From assembly GCA_020348445.1 (NCBI GenBank), contig CP070751.1, positions 4,000,662 through 4,064,661 of the forward strand: a stretch of DNA of 64,000 nt, read 5' to 3'. Below are positions 40,501 to 49,812 of the stretch, piece after piece. Below the pieces are notes generated by a model. The model made no database searches and was not told where the DNA came from. It saw only the letters and a list, made by a program, of their open reading frames with translations. The position numbers and the translations under genes are program-made. Positions within the stretch are counted from its first letter, which is position 1. Each line of letters starts with the position of its first letter. This DNA is from Thermoplasmata archaeon (GTDB lineage: Archaea > Thermoplasmatota > Thermoplasmata > GCA-020350865).

Positions 40501-40839
40501 GATGCCGAGTACCGAAAACTCATGAAGTTCTTAGAGGAGGATCCAATGCCTGAGGAAGGAATTGAGACATCTGTTGGTGTCCGAACATACAGAAAGATCG
40601 GGACAGCCCAGGTCATAGACTGCGTGATTTGGTGCCTAAAGGCCGGCGGGGATTATTCAAAGGAAGATGCAATGCAGGACGCAATCGTGGCCAACATACT
40701 TCCCCAACTTGAAAACCTGGAAAAGGCACAGATATCGAATATGTACATCAGGGCTGTGGAGGTTTTTACTGAAAGATCAAAGGTGGCCCGGGCCTTGGAT
40801 CGAATGCTCAAGAGCACAACTTTGTCAGTTTTTAGTTAA
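37567..40839 (+). CDS. McrB-like protein: acidic N-terminus, TPR repeats, EVE/PUA-like domain, two tandem McrB-type AAA+ domains (first degenerate)
   Basis: TPR helices about aa 55-175; EVE pattern AWLF.....W...GDLIIAF....IFAVMEV....Y.D..; AAA1 GPPGSGKE / IINKMN / GTADSD; AAA2 GAPGCGKT / IIDEFNR / GTMNVQD / RRFAF. Confidence 0.88.
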   Translation: MSQEDFDDDDDFGLGALLEDEDLFKPKSGKGHKIGTEDSDADLAKENLELIALKKQLEIDPKNVDLLIKGANLLRGTKKIDDAIDYIDRALEANPNHAEALNMKGQLLVDLNSASEAIHYFTKAIYANPQLEAAWLNKAIVLEQEGAVNEALYNLDMVLKINPDNAKARNLRSLILEIEVRPKRAWLFVGTEETWNEKFKIGGSWGMHENALDIESFLNVGKGDLIIAFKRKPVNMIFAVMEVRTPIYTDFSTMWRHRIDIEPRIRLKKPISLNVLKRSPQLVEIWNFIRNPDTKRTVFEIEPESWELLKELIFSYNSDLKKDALEMEIRSKDMAMIYDMDINAITNKVFVPPRVLNEIQTHLKSGRNIILYGPPGSGKEQLAQLIAEQICGKRFKSEGHDFTNFTAQMANPLWNDEDIMGFWENQGDKTVFRKGFGIQAIELCEDSIRNSNRPHYLIINKMNKLDLDRAFNRFLNVVGEKDTSVALSLHRGETLTLRVPKEFRIIGTADSDEWSIPENLLPLRGQFSFIEVSVPEKSLEYEEIPFLVRERLVYLGTLNQDDLLKQEFKGAEITMSRFDNDPDGEIQKAYDKLIEFVSKDKYPPKGTVLPRGIRTYRAIGTRLLVETMLCVANAPYRISKEKALEDAIMSIFLPILEKMEAAELYNIELKAKEVFGLRSNVVDMITALISMQKGPGELEDEDGMKVDDWTDEDEDEDAYISNKDVEAVEINYDIDLTPIFDHLSISKKTLDQILVNLESGRNIILYGAPGCGKTKVATLLLALICGKMTLKNGQQRPNFTIVTANAEWDNYDIVGGVAPKVDEYTKEISYEFRDGCVTQAVKDCLRSLKRIGRPHHLIIDEFNRANIDEAFGKLFTIFEYRDTQALLTSEENRGDALYLPRQFRVIGTMNVQDKNTLFDIGHALMRRFAFIEVGLPDKEDEFSRMPHFVELRAKEMGIILKGDKTEKSLFRGDPEGKADAEYRKLMKFLEEDPMPEEGIETSVGVRTYRKIGTAQVIDCVIWCLKAGGDYSKEDAMQDAIVANILPQLENLEKAQISNMYIRAVEVFTERSKVARALDRMLKSTTLSVFS

Positions 40840-40932
40840 CGATCAAGGGAAGGGATTTAAATCGAATGTTATAATGTATCAATTCATGCACTGTCCTCGG
40901 GTAAACCCATTGAGAATGTTAAAGAAAACCAG

Positions 40933-42531
40933 ATGATACTGCTTAGAATAGAGAATCACGGGCACAGAATAGAGAGATCCTCAATATGGTTGGGCAGGAC
41001 ACGTGTTTGGATCCTTGATGAACTAAAGGAAAATAGCATCCGGGAAATCACATTAGATGTGGGAGATTATGTGGGGAATAATATTTTATCTCTAAGAGAT
41101 GCAAATGGCGAGGAGATCAGCAAGCCCATTCCATTTTTCATCGAGCCAAATGGCCTTTCCTCAGAGGAGTTCAAGAAGATCAGGCACGAGAGGATTCCAT
41201 CACTTCTTAAGAAGTTCGGGGCTGAAAATGTCCATGATGTGGTTTATGGCGGAGGTTATGCTACATATCAAATAGATGTTGAAGATTATGCCATTGATGA
41301 CCTTCTCAACCATTACAGCAAGGAGCTTATTGAATTGACAAAAAAGATCACTGAATGTCTCACGTATGCTAGTCAAAAAGAAGTTCGTAAGTACAAGTCA
41401 GAAATTAAAGGAAAGATCAAGTGGCAAAAAACCGTTAGAATGAGGTTCCAAAAGGGACTCTCCCATACCACTTCCCATGTCTGCGAAAGGAGAAAACGGA
41501 CGTTTATAACACCGTCGAATCTTCTTCTCTTAAAGTTCCACCTCGAAGTATTAACCGAAGGTGCCACAATGCTATCCAGGATCCAGCAAAGAGAAACTGA
41601 GAAGATGAGATGGAGGGGGATATATAAATTGGACAGCAGCCGTGAATATGACAAAAAGGTTCTTGATACACTCTCTGATCTAAGAAGTGTTCTTCGTGTT
41701 CATAGATACTTTTTAACAAAGGATAAATTCAGGGAGGCCCTACCCAGATTGAGGTTCATTCCCAGGGACAATCCATCCCTTATAAGGGAGGCAGAATTTG
41801 AGGCTGTGCGTGCAAAGAACCGTTCATACAAACCACTTGTTACCCTTTACAAGGATTTTATCAATAATTTTCATCCCACATTTATGAAGACCGTTCCAAT
41901 AGACACTCAGAGAACACGTGATTTCTACAGGGTCTGGGCCATGTGTGAGTTGGTAAATGCCCTTGATCTCAGATCCATAGGTCATACAATGAGGGAATTT
42001 AAAAACCGCCATGAAACAGTATTTCTCTACTTCCAGAACATAGAGTCGCTTCGCCATCCCTGGAGCGAGATTTCCGATGAATCGGCCTTATATATGGGAG
42101 GAGATATGAAAGCCGAGGACTTATCCTTTATCGGTCCAGAAATCTATCTCAGATACGAGGGTATCGATGTCTTTGTGGACACGATATATGGTGATTTTAA
42201 AGGGGGATTACCCAGAGAGAAAATCTATGAGGCCCTGGGTTACATGTATGACTTTGAATTCAAGGTGGGTATCGTGCTTTATCCGGGTTTGAGGTTTCAT
42301 ATCAAAACCGATTTAAGAGTCCCTTCTGCCTACAAGATTCTAATTGAGGCGCCTTTGCGGCCAGAAACAATTAAGACAAAGAAACAATTGGAGAAAAGGA
42401 AGGATTACTTAAGATATCTTGTCTGGGCAGCTGTGATATTGCATAGAGTCGCTAGAAAAAAAGAGGATATGGCTCGTGCTATTAAGAGCATCACAAGGAC
42501 AATTGAGGTAAAATATTCTATTAAGACATGA
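40933..42531 (+). CDS. McrC-like (DUF2357-type) partner with degenerate PD-(D/E)xK domain
   Basis: N-terminal DYVG...IPFFIEP..LS.EEF; KGKIKWQKT; TP.N.LL; Y..W; C-terminal PEI...VDTIY...IYEALGY...GIVLYP; directly downstream of the McrB-like gene. Confidence 0.7.
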   Translation: MILLRIENHGHRIERSSIWLGRTRVWILDELKENSIREITLDVGDYVGNNILSLRDANGEEISKPIPFFIEPNGLSSEEFKKIRHERIPSLLKKFGAENVHDVVYGGGYATYQIDVEDYAIDDLLNHYSKELIELTKKITECLTYASQKEVRKYKSEIKGKIKWQKTVRMRFQKGLSHTTSHVCERRKRTFITPSNLLLLKFHLEVLTEGATMLSRIQQRETEKMRWRGIYKLDSSREYDKKVLDTLSDLRSVLRVHRYFLTKDKFREALPRLRFIPRDNPSLIREAEFEAVRAKNRSYKPLVTLYKDFINNFHPTFMKTVPIDTQRTRDFYRVWAMCELVNALDLRSIGHTMREFKNRHETVFLYFQNIESLRHPWSEISDESALYMGGDMKAEDLSFIGPEIYLRYEGIDVFVDTIYGDFKGGLPREKIYEALGYMYDFEFKVGIVLYPGLRFHIKTDLRVPSAYKILIEAPLRPETIKTKKQLEKRKDYLRYLVWAAVILHRVARKKEDMARAIKSITRTIEVKYSIKT

Positions 42532-42547
42532 TTGCCGATTTTCCCTT

Positions 42548-43429
42548 TCAACCTTCTTTTTCTGGATTTAATCCTTGAAATTCTCTGGTATCTTTGAGCT
42601 TTCTTAGGGTCAGATCCTCCTTTGCCTTCTTATAGAGGGTTTTGTCCATTTCTATTGCGCATTTCAGTTGTATCAGGGCTTTCTTTTTGTTTCCAACCCG
42701 AAGATATATGCGTGCCTTATTGAAATACGCATTTGCATAATCAGGGGCAAGCAATATCGCTTTATCAACTGCAGAAAGACCGGATTTGAATCTGCCAAGG
42801 AATCCTAGAACAACGCCATAATTGTTCCATATCTCGGCCTTGTTGGGATCGATTGCCAGCGCGCGCTCGAAATATTCCACAGCCTTTTCCAACATCTCTA
42901 TGCTTTCCCTCTCCTCCCTAAGCTGAGAAAGCAGTTGATAGGCTATGCCTTCGTTGTTTAGGGCGTTTAGGTTATTTGGATCGTCCTCAAGGGCTTTCTC
43001 ATATGCCATTATGGCATCCTCAAACTTCAACTGAGTGGATGAAATAATCCCCAGGGTAACCCATATATTGGCCTTGTTCCCTCCAACTTCAAGTGCTTTA
43101 CTAAGGAACTCCACAGCATCATCAAACCTGTTCAAATGGGCATACAGGTACCCCTTGGTCTCCCAGCCTATGGCATATTCGGAGTCCAGTTCCAGAGCTT
43201 TGTTTATAGCGTCATCTGCATTTTTAAAATCCCCCATTTGATAATAAACTAGACCTATGTTATTCCAAGCTTCTTTATCGCTTTCTTTCCCCTGAAGTGC
43301 ATTTTCATAGCAGCTAATGGCATCCTCAAATTCTCCTTTTTTTTCGCAATCAAGGCCTTTTAATAGCCACTTTTCGATTTCAATTCGCGGTTTGTTTTCT
43401 ATTGTCTTTTTCTTCTTTGTAATAGGCAA
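42548..43429 (-). CDS. Tetratricopeptide repeat protein
   Basis: About seven W.N.G...G.F..A...Y.KAL..DP repeats; ends in the helical tail AKED..L..L. Confidence 0.9.
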   Translation of the reverse strand: MPITKKKKTIENKPRIEIEKWLLKGLDCEKKGEFEDAISCYENALQGKESDKEAWNNIGLVYYQMGDFKNADDAINKALELDSEYAIGWETKGYLYAHLNRFDDAVEFLSKALEVGGNKANIWVTLGIISSTQLKFEDAIMAYEKALEDDPNNLNALNNEGIAYQLLSQLREERESIEMLEKAVEYFERALAIDPNKAEIWNNYGVVLGFLGRFKSGLSAVDKAILLAPDYANAYFNKARIYLRVGNKKKALIQLKCAIEMDKTLYKKAKEDLTLRKLKDTREFQGLNPEKEG

Positions 43430-43796
43430 TTTTGCACCCCCGAGTCATTTTCAAAATTCTCTGGAGAATGAGGCTATATTAAGGATTTACGAGAAATAGC
43501 AAAAACTTTATCCTCGTATTATCACTATTGATTCTTTGAGGATAATGCAATTTTTATTTGTAGGTGAGATGTTGATTTCGGAACCGATTAATGTAATTAT
43601 CTTTAATAAGGCTCAACTTCAATTTCCTCGTTTTCCCCTTACCAGATCCAAATATTATCAACTTTGATAATTAATAAAATATATCTTTCTTTTCTCGGAA
43701 AGTTAATATAAACGGAGGAAGAAAAAGGCCTCGGAAAATCACGTTTGATTATCGTATGGGAATTTTTAAACTTACATATAACAATATAGTATAATC

Positions 43797-44222
43797 ATGA
43801 ATACCGGGGAGGTAATTGTAGTAAAGAGAGGGACTCTTCGTGACAACAACATCTTCGCAAGATGGCTTGCAGAGAGAAAGGAATTTCTCATACCCTTCTT
43901 CATTCTCTTTGTTATTGTTGATCCACTTATGACTTTCATTGGAACAAGGGCATTTAACATTCCCGAGGGAAATTTTATAGTGTCAACACTAGTTGAGGCT
44001 GAAAACGGGTGGATGATTTGGCTGGCTCTGAAAATCGTTTTCGGCTTTATTGGTACAACGTTTATGTTCTCTGCATATTATGTTATCAACACACAGAAAC
44101 TTTCTTTACATGAGAAAAGGAGGGCAACTTTTTTAGAATACAGCGCATGGTCATTTATCATATGCTTTCTTTTCATAATAATTCTACATTGGGCTTTGAA
44201 TATATCACTGGCGAATCTATAG
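43797..44222 (+). CDS. Small membrane protein (DUF5658-like)
   Basis: Three hydrophobic helices with D.L.T......EGN motif. Confidence 0.6.
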   Translation: MNTGEVIVVKRGTLRDNNIFARWLAERKEFLIPFFILFVIVDPLMTFIGTRAFNIPEGNFIVSTLVEAENGWMIWLALKIVFGFIGTTFMFSAYYVINTQKLSLHEKRRATFLEYSAWSFIICFLFIIILHWALNISLANL

Positions 44223-44297
44223 TATGTTTTTCAGGTGCTCTTAAAAGAAACTTATATAAACGGAGAGTACTTTCACCCAGGCAAAGAGGCAAGTCAA

Positions 44298-44633
44298 ATG
44301 AAGCTCATCGATGTATGCAGAGGTTGCGGAGCCCGAAGATTGGTGAACCATCTCAAACTCTGTAAGAGATGCAACAAGCAGGCTAGCCAATTTCTTTCTA
44401 AACAAGATATCGAGCAGGCCAGATTGGAGAGGGAGGCATTACTTGAGGCCAAGGCAAAGATGAAAGAAGCCGAGGAGCTCGCAAAAGCAGAGGCAGCGGC
44501 AGCGGCAATGGCTGCGGCTGAAGCCGAGGGCGAGGGCGAGGAGGAAAAGGAAGGGGAAAAACCTAAGGAAGGGGAAAAAGAGGGTGAGAAGAAAAAACCA
44601 GAAGATAAGGGTGAAAAGAAAGATAAGGAATAA
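44298..44633 (+). CDS. Small zinc-finger protein with Ala/Glu/Lys-rich tail
   Basis: MKLIDVCRGCG...LCKRC; ATG 44298 with gagg RBS (ORF track starts 44235). Confidence 0.7.
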   Translation: MKLIDVCRGCGARRLVNHLKLCKRCNKQASQFLSKQDIEQARLEREALLEAKAKMKEAEELAKAEAAAAAMAAAEAEGEGEEEKEGEKPKEGEKEGEKKKPEDKGEKKDKE

Positions 44634-44705
44634 TCCCCCACCCACTTTGTCAACATTCGAATTTATATAATATTAAATATGCTCAATAAAAACCAGAAAT
44701 TGTTT

Positions 44706-47279
44706 TTATGTTTTTGGAAACTTTATCGTGAAAGTCGTGCCGCATCCAAGCTCGCTTTCCGCTGATATTTCTCCTTGATGTTTTTTTACCAGCATCGACA
44801 CGATATATAATCCAAGATCCATGCCCCCTTCCACATTTTTCGAGTCGTAAAAAGGCTCGAAAATCCTATTTAGCTTCTCTTTGGGGATACCAACACCATT
44901 GTCAAGAATTTTTACTTCTACAAATCCATCATCAGCCCTGGTGGATATGTTAATTTTACCCTTTTTTTGTAGGGAGTCAATGGCGGTGTTCAGTAGGTTC
45001 ACAATGATTTGATGAAGCTCTGTTTGATTTCCCTTGATTTTTGGAACATCTTGGTCATCGACCTCTATGAAAATATCACATGTGCTTCTTGTATGTTTTA
45101 AGGCCTCAATGGAATTATCTATGATAATATTCAGATCCACATCTGTAATCTTGTTGTCCTTTGCCTCCCTGGAATAGTTTGAGAGCCATTTTACGATCTC
45201 TGAGGCCCTCTCGGCTGCGTTCACTATCTTCTTGGCAAAATTTTTCATCATTTCTGGATTTTCTTGATATTGTATAATCTCGGCATATCCCAATATTGTA
45301 CTAAGGGGATTGTTGATCTCATGGGCAATTCCAGAGGCTAATGTACCGATTCCAGCTAACTTTTCTGATCTAATTAATTCCTCCTCTGCCAACTTACGCT
45401 CTGTTATATCTCTAATAACGGTGATCAACCGTATGGGATTACCATTGGAGTCGATGATCCTTCCACCACTCACACTTACCGGAATCCTCCTATTCCCCTT
45501 ACCAATAACAGTTAATTCAACTGGGTTTATCAGATCCCTTTCCCAGGCATCTTCGAAGAGAGTAAGAAATTTCTCGATATCCTCAGATTTCTGCTTCTCC
45601 ATCCCAGGGATTTCCAAAAGGGATTTTCCTATGATATCATCTGGTTCTTGATCAAATAACCTGCAGTAAGCTTTGTTTGCTAAGACAACTTTCCCTTCGA
45701 GATCAAATAATAGAACTCCATCGTTCATAGCTTCGATGATATCGGCTCTTTCTCGTAAAACCTCCTCTACTTGTTTGCGCTCTGTAATATCCACCACAAT
45801 TCCTCTAATACCAGCGTTAGCTCCATCGCGAGTAACAGCATTTGCGTAAACGATCACAGGAAAGGTGCTGCCATCCTTCCGTTGCGCTTTATATTCTACT
45901 CCTTGAACCCGCTCTTGTCCAGACAATTGTGCAATATTCTTTTGCGCCCTATCGTGGTCTTCTGGAGCAAGTGCCTCGATTACATTGAATCCTTCTTTGA
46001 GATCCTGCTCCGTATATCCAAAAGCCATCAAACCCGCATGATTGGTAAATGTCAATTTTCCGGTTTCATCAGCCGTAAAGATCGTTTCAGGTAAAAGTTC
46101 AGCTAAATCCCTGAACTTTTCCTCGCTCTCTCGCAATGCTTTCTCAGCGCGTCTGCGCCCAGTGATATCTTCCAAAATGAGAGATATCCCAACCACTTCG
46201 TTTATCCTTCTAATGACAGATATATGTGCAAGCAAAATCTGCACCCGGCCCTTTATATTTGTTAATTCCCACTCGATTTTGAATCGGGGGGGCCCTTTTA
46301 GAACATCCTGCAAAGCCGAAGAAATAAATGAGTGGTCTATGTTGAAGGTGGGGAGTAATTCCATGAAGTTATCCCCAATGATATCATCTTTATCGTACCC
46401 TAGAATATTAAGGCCTTTTGGATTTATATCCAATATATTCCATTTACTATCAAGATACATTATTCCCTCGCTTGCGTTCTCAAATAAAAGCCGAAATTTA
46501 CCCTCGGACTCTCTCAAAGCCTCTTCAATTCTCTTACGCTCGGTAATGTCCCTTACTATGATTTGAACGGCATAGATCTCATCGTCTCTTTCCAACAATG
46601 AGGGAAAAACTTCGATCCATCTTTTTTCATTGTATGGTTGGATCACAAGCTCTATTGTTCCATGAAACTCCCCCCTTAAAATCTTGGAGAATATCTCCAA
46701 CATTTTTGAAAGATTATCCTCATCCAGAAGACCCAGGTCCATAAAAGGTAATCCAACAATGTTCATTCTCTTATATCCACTGATTTTTTCTGCAGCGTCG
46801 TTACATTCCAATATCGTCCCATCCAACCCGATAAGGATGACCCCTTCGGGTGATTTATCGAACAATGTTTTATATTTCTTTTGGCCTTCTTTCAATCTCC
46901 TTTCCATTTCACTCTTGTAAAGCGCCATCTCGATAGTTGATTGTAACTCGCTGCTTCCAAAAGGTTTAACTATGTATCCCAAGGGCTCGGTTATCTTTGC
47001 CCTATTGAGTAATTCTTCGTCTGTGTAGGCAGTGAGGTAAACTGTTGGTATATTGAAACGAGAGCGTAGTTCCTTTGCGGCCTCGACACCGTCAACCTCT
47101 CCCTTCAATTTTATATCCATTAACACAAGATCTGGACGAGTCTCATTTGCTTTTTGGATGGCCTCCTCCCCAGTTGTGGCAATTGCCGGAACCTCATATC
47201 CAAATGACTCCAATTTTGATTGTATGTGTGTTGCTGTGATCATTTCATCTTCAACAATCATGATCCTGGCAGATACCAT
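44706..47279 (-). CDS. Cytoplasmic hybrid sensor kinase: REC, four PAS/PAC domains, HisKA, HATPase
   Basis: IVEDE...DLVLMD receiver; four ...DITERK PAC ends; H-box AHEINNPL; DNGVGI, IFEPF, GTTFTI. Confidence 0.93.
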   Translation of the reverse strand: MVSARIMIVEDEMITATHIQSKLESFGYEVPAIATTGEEAIQKANETRPDLVLMDIKLKGEVDGVEAAKELRSRFNIPTVYLTAYTDEELLNRAKITEPLGYIVKPFGSSELQSTIEMALYKSEMERRLKEGQKKYKTLFDKSPEGVILIGLDGTILECNDAAEKISGYKRMNIVGLPFMDLGLLDEDNLSKMLEIFSKILRGEFHGTIELVIQPYNEKRWIEVFPSLLERDDEIYAVQIIVRDITERKRIEEALRESEGKFRLLFENASEGIMYLDSKWNILDINPKGLNILGYDKDDIIGDNFMELLPTFNIDHSFISSALQDVLKGPPRFKIEWELTNIKGRVQILLAHISVIRRINEVVGISLILEDITGRRRAEKALRESEEKFRDLAELLPETIFTADETGKLTFTNHAGLMAFGYTEQDLKEGFNVIEALAPEDHDRAQKNIAQLSGQERVQGVEYKAQRKDGSTFPVIVYANAVTRDGANAGIRGIVVDITERKQVEEVLRERADIIEAMNDGVLLFDLEGKVVLANKAYCRLFDQEPDDIIGKSLLEIPGMEKQKSEDIEKFLTLFEDAWERDLINPVELTVIGKGNRRIPVSVSGGRIIDSNGNPIRLITVIRDITERKLAEEELIRSEKLAGIGTLASGIAHEINNPLSTILGYAEIIQYQENPEMMKNFAKKIVNAAERASEIVKWLSNYSREAKDNKITDVDLNIIIDNSIEALKHTRSTCDIFIEVDDQDVPKIKGNQTELHQIIVNLLNTAIDSLQKKGKINISTRADDGFVEVKILDNGVGIPKEKLNRIFEPFYDSKNVEGGMDLGLYIVSMLVKKHQGEISAESELGCGTTFTIKFPKT

Positions 47280-47535
47280 TATCTTCGCCTACATCCCAAT
47301 ATACCCCTCTTTATACTCTCCCCCCTTTTACATAAATTAATTTCATGATTTTAAATCCAGAAAAATGAATACTAAAAAACAGATTAAAGGATTTTGTCGA
47401 TATTATCATAAATGATAAATGGGAAATGATTCTCTTTCAAAATCAAATTTTTAATATCCCAGACTATCTTTTTTAAAAAAAAATATTAAATTAGACACCT
47501 TAAAAAGAGACGTCACATCATGGACTTAACAGGAT

Positions 47536-49746
47536 CTAAGCCTCGTAGTACTTGGCATCATAGGGTTCGGGTTTCAGACCTTTTCTTTTTCTGATATCGG
47601 CAACAACCTCGCTTTGCAGTTCCCTGGGAACCCTCTCATATCCTGAAAATTCTGTTGTCCAAAGCGCCCTTCCTCCTGTTGCAGAGCGTATGGCACTGGC
47701 AAAACCGAACATTTCGGCGACAGGGGCCTTTGATACGATTGTAGCCATGTCCTCTTCCTGCTTCATGTCCTCGATAACGGATCTTCTCTGCTGCATCTCG
47801 CGGGTTGCGTTGCCCATTAGATCTTGGGGGGTGTTTATGAACACGGTCTGTTTTGGCTCAAGTAGTATCCTTTCGGCGACACACATGGCACCATAGATAG
47901 CAGACCTAACAGCTGGAATAACCTGTGCAGGTCCTCTGTGAATGCTGTCCTCATGGAGCTTTGCATCCACTAGCCTGACCTTAAGACCCATGCATTTTTC
48001 GGCCGCAAGGGGCCCTCTGTCCATGGCTTCCTGGAATGCCTGAATACACAGTTCGATGGTCTCATGTAGATACTGAATACCCTTGGTTACGTCTATGAAC
48101 ATGTTGGAATTGTGAAAGAGTTTCACACCTTTTGCTTCCAGCTTGCTCATTCCCAGATCCTGCAGCTGTCTCGCAAGGACCTTAGAGTCCTTGATCTTAC
48201 CCCCTGAGGCTGCAGATATTTCCCCACTCTGCATTGTCTTGAGTATTTCAGGTTCAAGGGGCTCAACCTCCAGATAAAACCTGTTGTGTTTGTTGGGAGA
48301 TTTCCCCTCGAAAGGTCCACCTTTTCTCTCGATGTTCTCTCTGTACACCACGATGGGCTCAGAGGCCACGATATCAATACCGTGCTCGTTTATGATTCTG
48401 TACTGTGTTATCTCAAGGTGCAGTTCCCCCATGCCGGAAAGGAGATGCTCTCCTGTTTCCTGATTTATCTCCACATGGATGGATGGGTCTGCCTTTGCAA
48501 CTGTTCTGAGAACCTCCACCAGCTTGGGCAAATCCTTCATGTGTTTTGCCTCGATGGCCACTGTGACCACGGGATCAGAATAATGCACGATTCTCTCGAA
48601 GGCTTCCATCTCATCGTCGGAAGTGGCTGTTGAACCTGCAATGGCATCCTTCAATCCAGAAACAGCTGTGATATTCCCGGCATCCAGATGTTCTACGGTG
48701 ATTCTGTCGGCGCCTACAGACATGGCCACCTGCTGAACCCGGTTCTTTTTGGGCATTCCCACCACTTTCAATTCCATGCCCCGCTCCAATCTTCCGGAAA
48801 ATAGCCTCCCAACAGCGATCTCCCCGGCATGCGGGTCCATTAAGATCTTGGTTACCATGAGACTAACAGGACCCTTTGAACTACATTTGGTCATGGCCTG
48901 TCCGATATTGGATTCTATATCTCCGTGCCAGATGTGTGGTATCCTGTACTTCTGCGCTTCGATGGGACTCGGCATATGGCCTATGGTCATGTCCAGAAGA
49001 ACCTTGTGAATCTGGGCCTTCTTTGCTAGGGTCTTCTGATCCTTGTTCTTGCAATAATTATAGATATCATTGAAATTTATATTTGTCTTCTGCATGTATG
49101 GATATGAAATCGCCCAGTTGTAGTATGCTGAGCCAAAGGCAACACTGCCGTCTTCAACTTTCACGATCCAATCATTTTTGAACTCTTCAGGTACCATCTT
49201 TTTGATGAGGCTGTTTACCTCGTTTATTATCTTGATAAAGCGCTGTTGCATCTGCTCTGATGTGACCTTGAGCTCGTTTATGAGCCTGTCAACCTTATTT
49301 ATAAAAAGAATGGGTTTTACCTTCTCCTTTAAAGACTGGCGTACCACAGTTTCTGTCTGGGGCATCACTCCCTCCACAGCGCATACAACAACGATGCAGC
49401 CGTCCACTGCCCTCATGGCCCTTGTAACATCACCGCCAAAATCCACATGGCCGGGAGTGTCTATGAGATTGATCAGGTATTCCTTCCCCTCGTAAGAGTG
49501 CACCATGGATGCATTTGCTGCGTTGATGGTTATTCCTCTTGCCTGCTCCTGCTCATCATAGTCCAAAAGCAGCTGTTTTCCGGCAAGCTCCTCGGACATC
49601 ATACCTGCTCCGGCAATGAGGTTATCGCTCAATGTCGTTTTTCCGTGATCGATATGAGCGGCGATGCCAATGTTCCTAATCATTTCTATCTGGCCCATGA
49701 GGGCCTGAGCCTTCTTTATATTCTCTTCTTTTCTGCCCATGGTCAC
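47536..49746 (-). CDS. fusA: Translation elongation factor 2 (aEF-2)
   Basis: [26 protein letters not shown]; diphthamide-site motif [11 protein letters not shown] intact; start probably ATG 49740. Confidence 0.99.
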   Translation of the reverse strand: MTMGRKEENIKKAQALMGQIEMIRNIGIAAHIDHGKTTLSDNLIAGAGMMSEELAGKQLLLDYDEQEQARGITINAANASMVHSYEGKEYLINLIDTPGHVDFGGDVTRAMRAVDGCIVVVCAVEGVMPQTETVVRQSLKEKVKPILFINKVDRLINELKVTSEQMQQRFIKIINEVNSLIKKMVPEEFKNDWIVKVEDGSVAFGSAYYNWAISYPYMQKTNINFNDIYNYCKNKDQKTLAKKAQIHKVLLDMTIGHMPSPIEAQKYRIPHIWHGDIESNIGQAMTKCSSKGPVSLMVTKILMDPHAGEIAVGRLFSGRLERGMELKVVGMPKKNRVQQVAMSVGADRITVEHLDAGNITAVSGLKDAIAGSTATSDDEMEAFERIVHYSDPVVTVAIEAKHMKDLPKLVEVLRTVAKADPSIHVEINQETGEHLLSGMGELHLEITQYRIINEHGIDIVASEPIVVYRENIERKGGPFEGKSPNKHNRFYLEVEPLEPEILKTMQSGEISAASGGKIKDSKVLARQLQDLGMSKLEAKGVKLFHNSNMFIDVTKGIQYLHETIELCIQAFQEAMDRGPLAAEKCMGLKVRLVDAKLHEDSIHRGPAQVIPAVRSAIYGAMCVAERILLEPKQTVFINTPQDLMGNATREMQQRRSVIEDMKQEEDMATIVSKAPVAEMFGFASAIRSATGGRALWTTEFSGYERVPRELQSEVVADIRKRKGLKPEPYDAKYYEA

Positions 49747-49812
49747 ACATCCTGTGATTATATTTGATTACAATACAACAAACGTTATTGGTTTAAATCT
49801 ATTGTGCAGTGA

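Noticed and set aside
47940-47970. Loss of the EF-2 diphthamide site
   Set aside because: The HRG motif is intact ([11 protein letters not shown])
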